IMG/VR virus record: IMGVR_UViG_3300032180_000007
Span: 1 to 64,000 of that record
Direction: 5' to 3' (one strand)
From: a virus
Length of the DNA: 64,000 bases
The notes beneath the pieces were generated by a model. The model did no database searches, was not told the DNA's origin, and saw only the letters and a program-made list of their open reading frames with translations. A program made the translations under genes and the position numbers. This document shows positions 61,599 to 64,000 of this stretch, piece by piece (the stretch's first letter is position 1; every line of letters begins with the position of its first letter).

Positions 61599-61733
61599 AT
61601 GTCCGACATAGGCCAGGTCGTACTTGTTAGAGCCTTTTGGGAAATTGATCAGGAGTTTCGTGATTACGTAAAGTTATTAGACCGCGACCCGCTGAAGTGC
61701 GCGGAAGAACTCCTGCGCCGAATCAAAGTATGA
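61599..61733 (+). CDS. micro-protein (44 aa), doubtful
   Basis: ATGA overlap with the next gene. The RBS spacing is poor. Confidence 0.3.
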   Translation: MSDIGQVVLVRAFWEIDQEFRDYVKLLDRDPLKCAEELLRRIKV

Positions 61734-62029
61734 AACTACTGCGCCTCATTCGCCGGCTGCTCTCGGTAGACCACCCGGTCCCGCTCGGGCAGCCGCACTA
61801 CGCGCCGGTGTTGATTCTGTGCCTGGACTGCGAGCCCTGTGAGACTGAGCCCGCCTGGTCGCGACAGTACGGCGCTCGGCGCCTGCTGATCAGACGTGCT
61901 GGCGTTTGGTGCTGCTCGACCTGTGGAAGTCGTGAATGGTTGCTCGCGTCATCCGCGGTGCCAGCCGTGGACGTACAGCGGGTTCTGGCTGCAATCGAGT
62001 GGAGAGAGTCAATGTTTACTACGAAGTAA
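61730..62029 (+). CDS. Cys-rich hypothetical protein
   Basis: Start set at MKLLRL. Contains CLDCEPC and CCSTCG. Confidence 0.55.
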   Translation: MKLLRLIRRLLSVDHPVPLGQPHYAPVLILCLDCEPCETEPAWSRQYGARRLLIRRAGVWCCSTCGSREWLLASSAVPAVDVQRVLAAIEWRESMFTTK

Positions 62030-62030
62030 A
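62015..62030 (+). repeat. junction motif copy TTTACTACGAAGTAAA
   Basis: Exact 16-mer, 14 nt upstream of ATG 62045. Confidence 0.8.
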
Positions 62031-62044
62031 GTCGGAGGGGATTT

Positions 62045-62428
62045 ATGAGTAAAAAAATTGAGCATACACCAGGAGAGGCAGGGTGGACATGGATGACCTT
62101 TACCGGAGATTTGAATTTTCCGTGCGAACAACCCATCGCATTAGTGGCCGGTAGTAAGGATATCGTTCTGGCCACGGGTGACGACGAGGGGTCTTGGCTG
62201 GAGTTTCGGACGGATGCCGACCAGGAATTACTGGCTCGATATCGCGAAGCACCACACGAATGCAGTATTCCTGATTGTCTGGGTGACCTGAACCGCAGGA
62301 AGCTAGAGCTGCTAGAGCAGGCCGTCGAGCTTATTGTGCTTGCACGTAGAGCGACAGATCCCCACAGCCAAGATCGCGGTAAGGTGGAATACTGGCTCGC
62401 CCGATACGATGAACTGGAGGAAAAATGA
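62045..62428 (+). CDS. hypothetical protein
   Basis: GGAGGGG RBS. 127 aa. Confidence 0.7.
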   Translation: MSKKIEHTPGEAGWTWMTFTGDLNFPCEQPIALVAGSKDIVLATGDDEGSWLEFRTDADQELLARYREAPHECSIPDCLGDLNRRKLELLEQAVELIVLARRATDPHSQDRGKVEYWLARYDELEEK

Positions 62429-62745
62429 GCGCTGACTACAATCAAATTATCGAGTCGCTAGTCGGCAGTGAAATCTGTTTCTGCAACGGCTGTGAGGTCG
62501 TCAAAGACTCGGTTATTGATTACAGGTGCGATCAGTGTGGGTACATCGGTCGCGCTGGCACGTTGGAGTGCTGTTGCTACGAGGACTGGGCGCGGGATTG
62601 TACGCCAAAAGGACCTGGACCGGGCTGCCCACACGGGACGGTTGTATGTCCTCTCTGTGTAGACGGACACCGAAGCGTTGCGGACTTAGCCTCGGCGTTA
62701 GTTGAAAATCTGAAAAAGTCGAGGCCGAATCAGGAGGGAAAATGA
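62425..62745 (+). CDS. Cys-rich hypothetical protein
   Basis: ATGA coupling. Multiple CxxC pairs. Confidence 0.7.
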   Translation: MSADYNQIIESLVGSEICFCNGCEVVKDSVIDYRCDQCGYIGRAGTLECCCYEDWARDCTPKGPGPGCPHGTVVCPLCVDGHRSVADLASALVENLKKSRPNQEGK

Positions 62746-63113
62746 GTAGCCGGATTGAATATAGATCAGGAAAATGGTATCCAACAAAACCACAATGCTA
62801 CTATCTAAGCGTTATCTTGCTGAACCAAAACAACGATGGTTGGGCTGCGGTCTGCCTCCAGCTAGATATCGCTGCTCAAGGCAGGTCTCTCGAAGACGTA
62901 ATGGGTTCTTTCGAACGGACAGTCATCAGTCAGGTGGCCTTAGACCTCAACCAAGACCGAAAGCCTTTCCAGGACATCAGACAATCACCAATAGAATATT
63001 GGCATCTATTCCAATCTGCACAGTTCTTTGCTTACCCTCGTCCTCTCAGAATCCCAGAATATATCACTGAGGTCATGATTACTGTAGAATACCGAATAGC
63101 ATTTTCTGGTTGA
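62742..63113 (+). CDS. hypothetical protein (possible HicB/UPF0150-like fold, weak)
   Basis: ATGA coupling. Contains GWAAVCLQLDIAAQGRSLEDVMGSFERTV. Confidence 0.6.
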   Translation: MSSRIEYRSGKWYPTKPQCYYLSVILLNQNNDGWAAVCLQLDIAAQGRSLEDVMGSFERTVISQVALDLNQDRKPFQDIRQSPIEYWHLFQSAQFFAYPRPLRIPEYITEVMITVEYRIAFSG

Positions 63114-63201
63114 CATTCGCCCCTATATTTCGTATTCTATCGCCCGCGAGGAATGGCAAGCCACGCACGGTTCTTTTGAGAGCAACGCGACGTAAAGATT
63201 G

Positions 63202-63300
63202 AGCCCTTACCGGGGCTCGATGGCAGCGATGATCCGGTTTTGCCGCCGGGAAGCCGCGTTGCCGTCGCGTGTCGTCAGTCCCGGTAAGGGCTTTTGCTTT
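63202..63300 (+). terminator. long hairpin plus U-tract terminator
   Basis: AGCCCTTACCGGG 63202-63214 pairs with CCCGGTAAGGGCT 63280-63292. An inner 10-bp helix joins 63219-63228 and 63257-63266. TTTGCTTT follows. Confidence 0.6.
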
Positions 63301-63384
63301 GGGTACTCGGTTCGGAATGACACCGCGCGTGGTGACAAATCAGGGTCTTAGAATCGAGTACCTAAACTAAAAGGGCTTTTCAAC

Positions 63385-63795
63385 ATGAAGAGTTGGGTGC
63401 GAGAACAAATCACAGCGCGGAGAGAAGGACGCCAGCCCTATTCCGACCACGCATCAACGGAGAGAAAAGGAAAGCAAATGGACCAAACTCCAGATACAGG
63501 CAAGGCAATAGATATCTTAACGCCACGCGCACAACAGGAGCTTCAACAAGCGAAGGCGTTGCTTGAAAGAGCGGATGCGCAAGAGTTATATGCATTGTTT
63601 GAAAAAGCTCAAAAAGAGAATGCCGAACTTGCAAATTCCTTAATGCGTGTGATGACACACTATTCGGGGTCTTCATCGGTTCCACGATATGAGCCCGCAA
63701 GTAACGTAGTCGAGGCGATGGAACGAGTTGCTATCACCGCACTACAACTCGCTCGCGATGTCGCAATTAACAATGGGCATAAGGATGATATTTGA
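63385..63795 (+). CDS. hypothetical helical protein
   Basis: 136-aa ORF. An internal start at 63478 is possible. Confidence 0.55.
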   Translation: MKSWVREQITARREGRQPYSDHASTERKGKQMDQTPDTGKAIDILTPRAQQELQQAKALLERADAQELYALFEKAQKENAELANSLMRVMTHYSGSSSVPRYEPASNVVEAMERVAITALQLARDVAINNGHKDDI

Positions 63796-64000
63796 GATTG
63801 ACACGTGGCCACGGTAGCGCCGGGAAGTCGCCAAAGTAGGCCAGCTAACCGAGAAGGCGCCGGCGTGAAGTCAATGTGCAGTGTGGCCCATTTAATCAAA
63901 GAGGTAGGTAGATGAGCGAGGAGCAGTCTGCTGTACCTGCCGACAAGTGTGGGGATGACTGATAGCGAGGAGCTAAGGGATTCCCCGGCGGGCTGGTCAT

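Noticed and set aside
60828-62445. Minus-strand ORFs 60828-61538 (236 aa) and 61798-62445 (215 aa)
   Set aside because: Both are Ser/Ala/Cys-rich low-complexity frames. They run antisense to well-supported plus-strand genes with RBSs and ATGA coupling.
1-64000. Integrase, attachment site, rRNA or canonical tRNA genes
   Set aside because: No tyrosine or serine recombinase motifs were seen in any ORF. No rRNA-like sequence was found. The only tRNA-like signal (50600-50710) lacks an anticodon arm. Lysogeny therefore cannot be supported from this window.

Overview
The window reads as most of a tailed dsDNA phage or prophage genome with moderate GC (judged by eye). Genes are packed tightly and many junctions are ATGA or TAATG start/stop overlaps. 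A long minus-strand late block runs from about 51600 down to 20800 in classical order: HNH endonuclease, small and large terminase, portal, head-morphogenesis protein, protease/scaffold, HK97-type major capsid, connector genes, major tail protein, chaperone pair, tape measure, distal tail and fibre genes. It continues into a small accessory island (20708-18047) that includes a membrane PAS-domain protein and ends at a terminator near 18000. A second minus block (13952-8450) carries many small cysteine-rich ORFs, a Phd-like antitoxin, a DUF4326 protein and a lysis cassette with an M15 endolysin. A third minus block (6316-2199) carries a C5 DNA methyltransferase. Plus-strand early-type modules hold a PD-(D/E)xK nuclease and MT-A70 methylase (6575-8293). 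They also hold a PAPS-reductase/ParB-like pair (51860-53402) and a recombination-like module with a RecB/Cas4-like nuclease (57156-63800). The most unusual locus is 15160-17500. It has an intact tnpB (IS200/IS605 RNA-guided nuclease) with no tnpA, preceded by about 900 nt of non-coding, internally repeated, strongly self-complementary sequence whose modules are bounded by TTGAT. Other notable signals: a 16-nt motif TTTACTACGAAGTAAA at six gene junctions, a pentapeptide-repeat gene built from near-identical 15-bp DNA repeats, apparent leaderless promoter/operator arrangements, and a tRNA-like T-arm/acceptor element inside an ORF. No rRNA, CRISPR array, integrase or canonical tRNA could be supported. 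All functional calls rest on motifs read in the translated ORFs; no database search was run.
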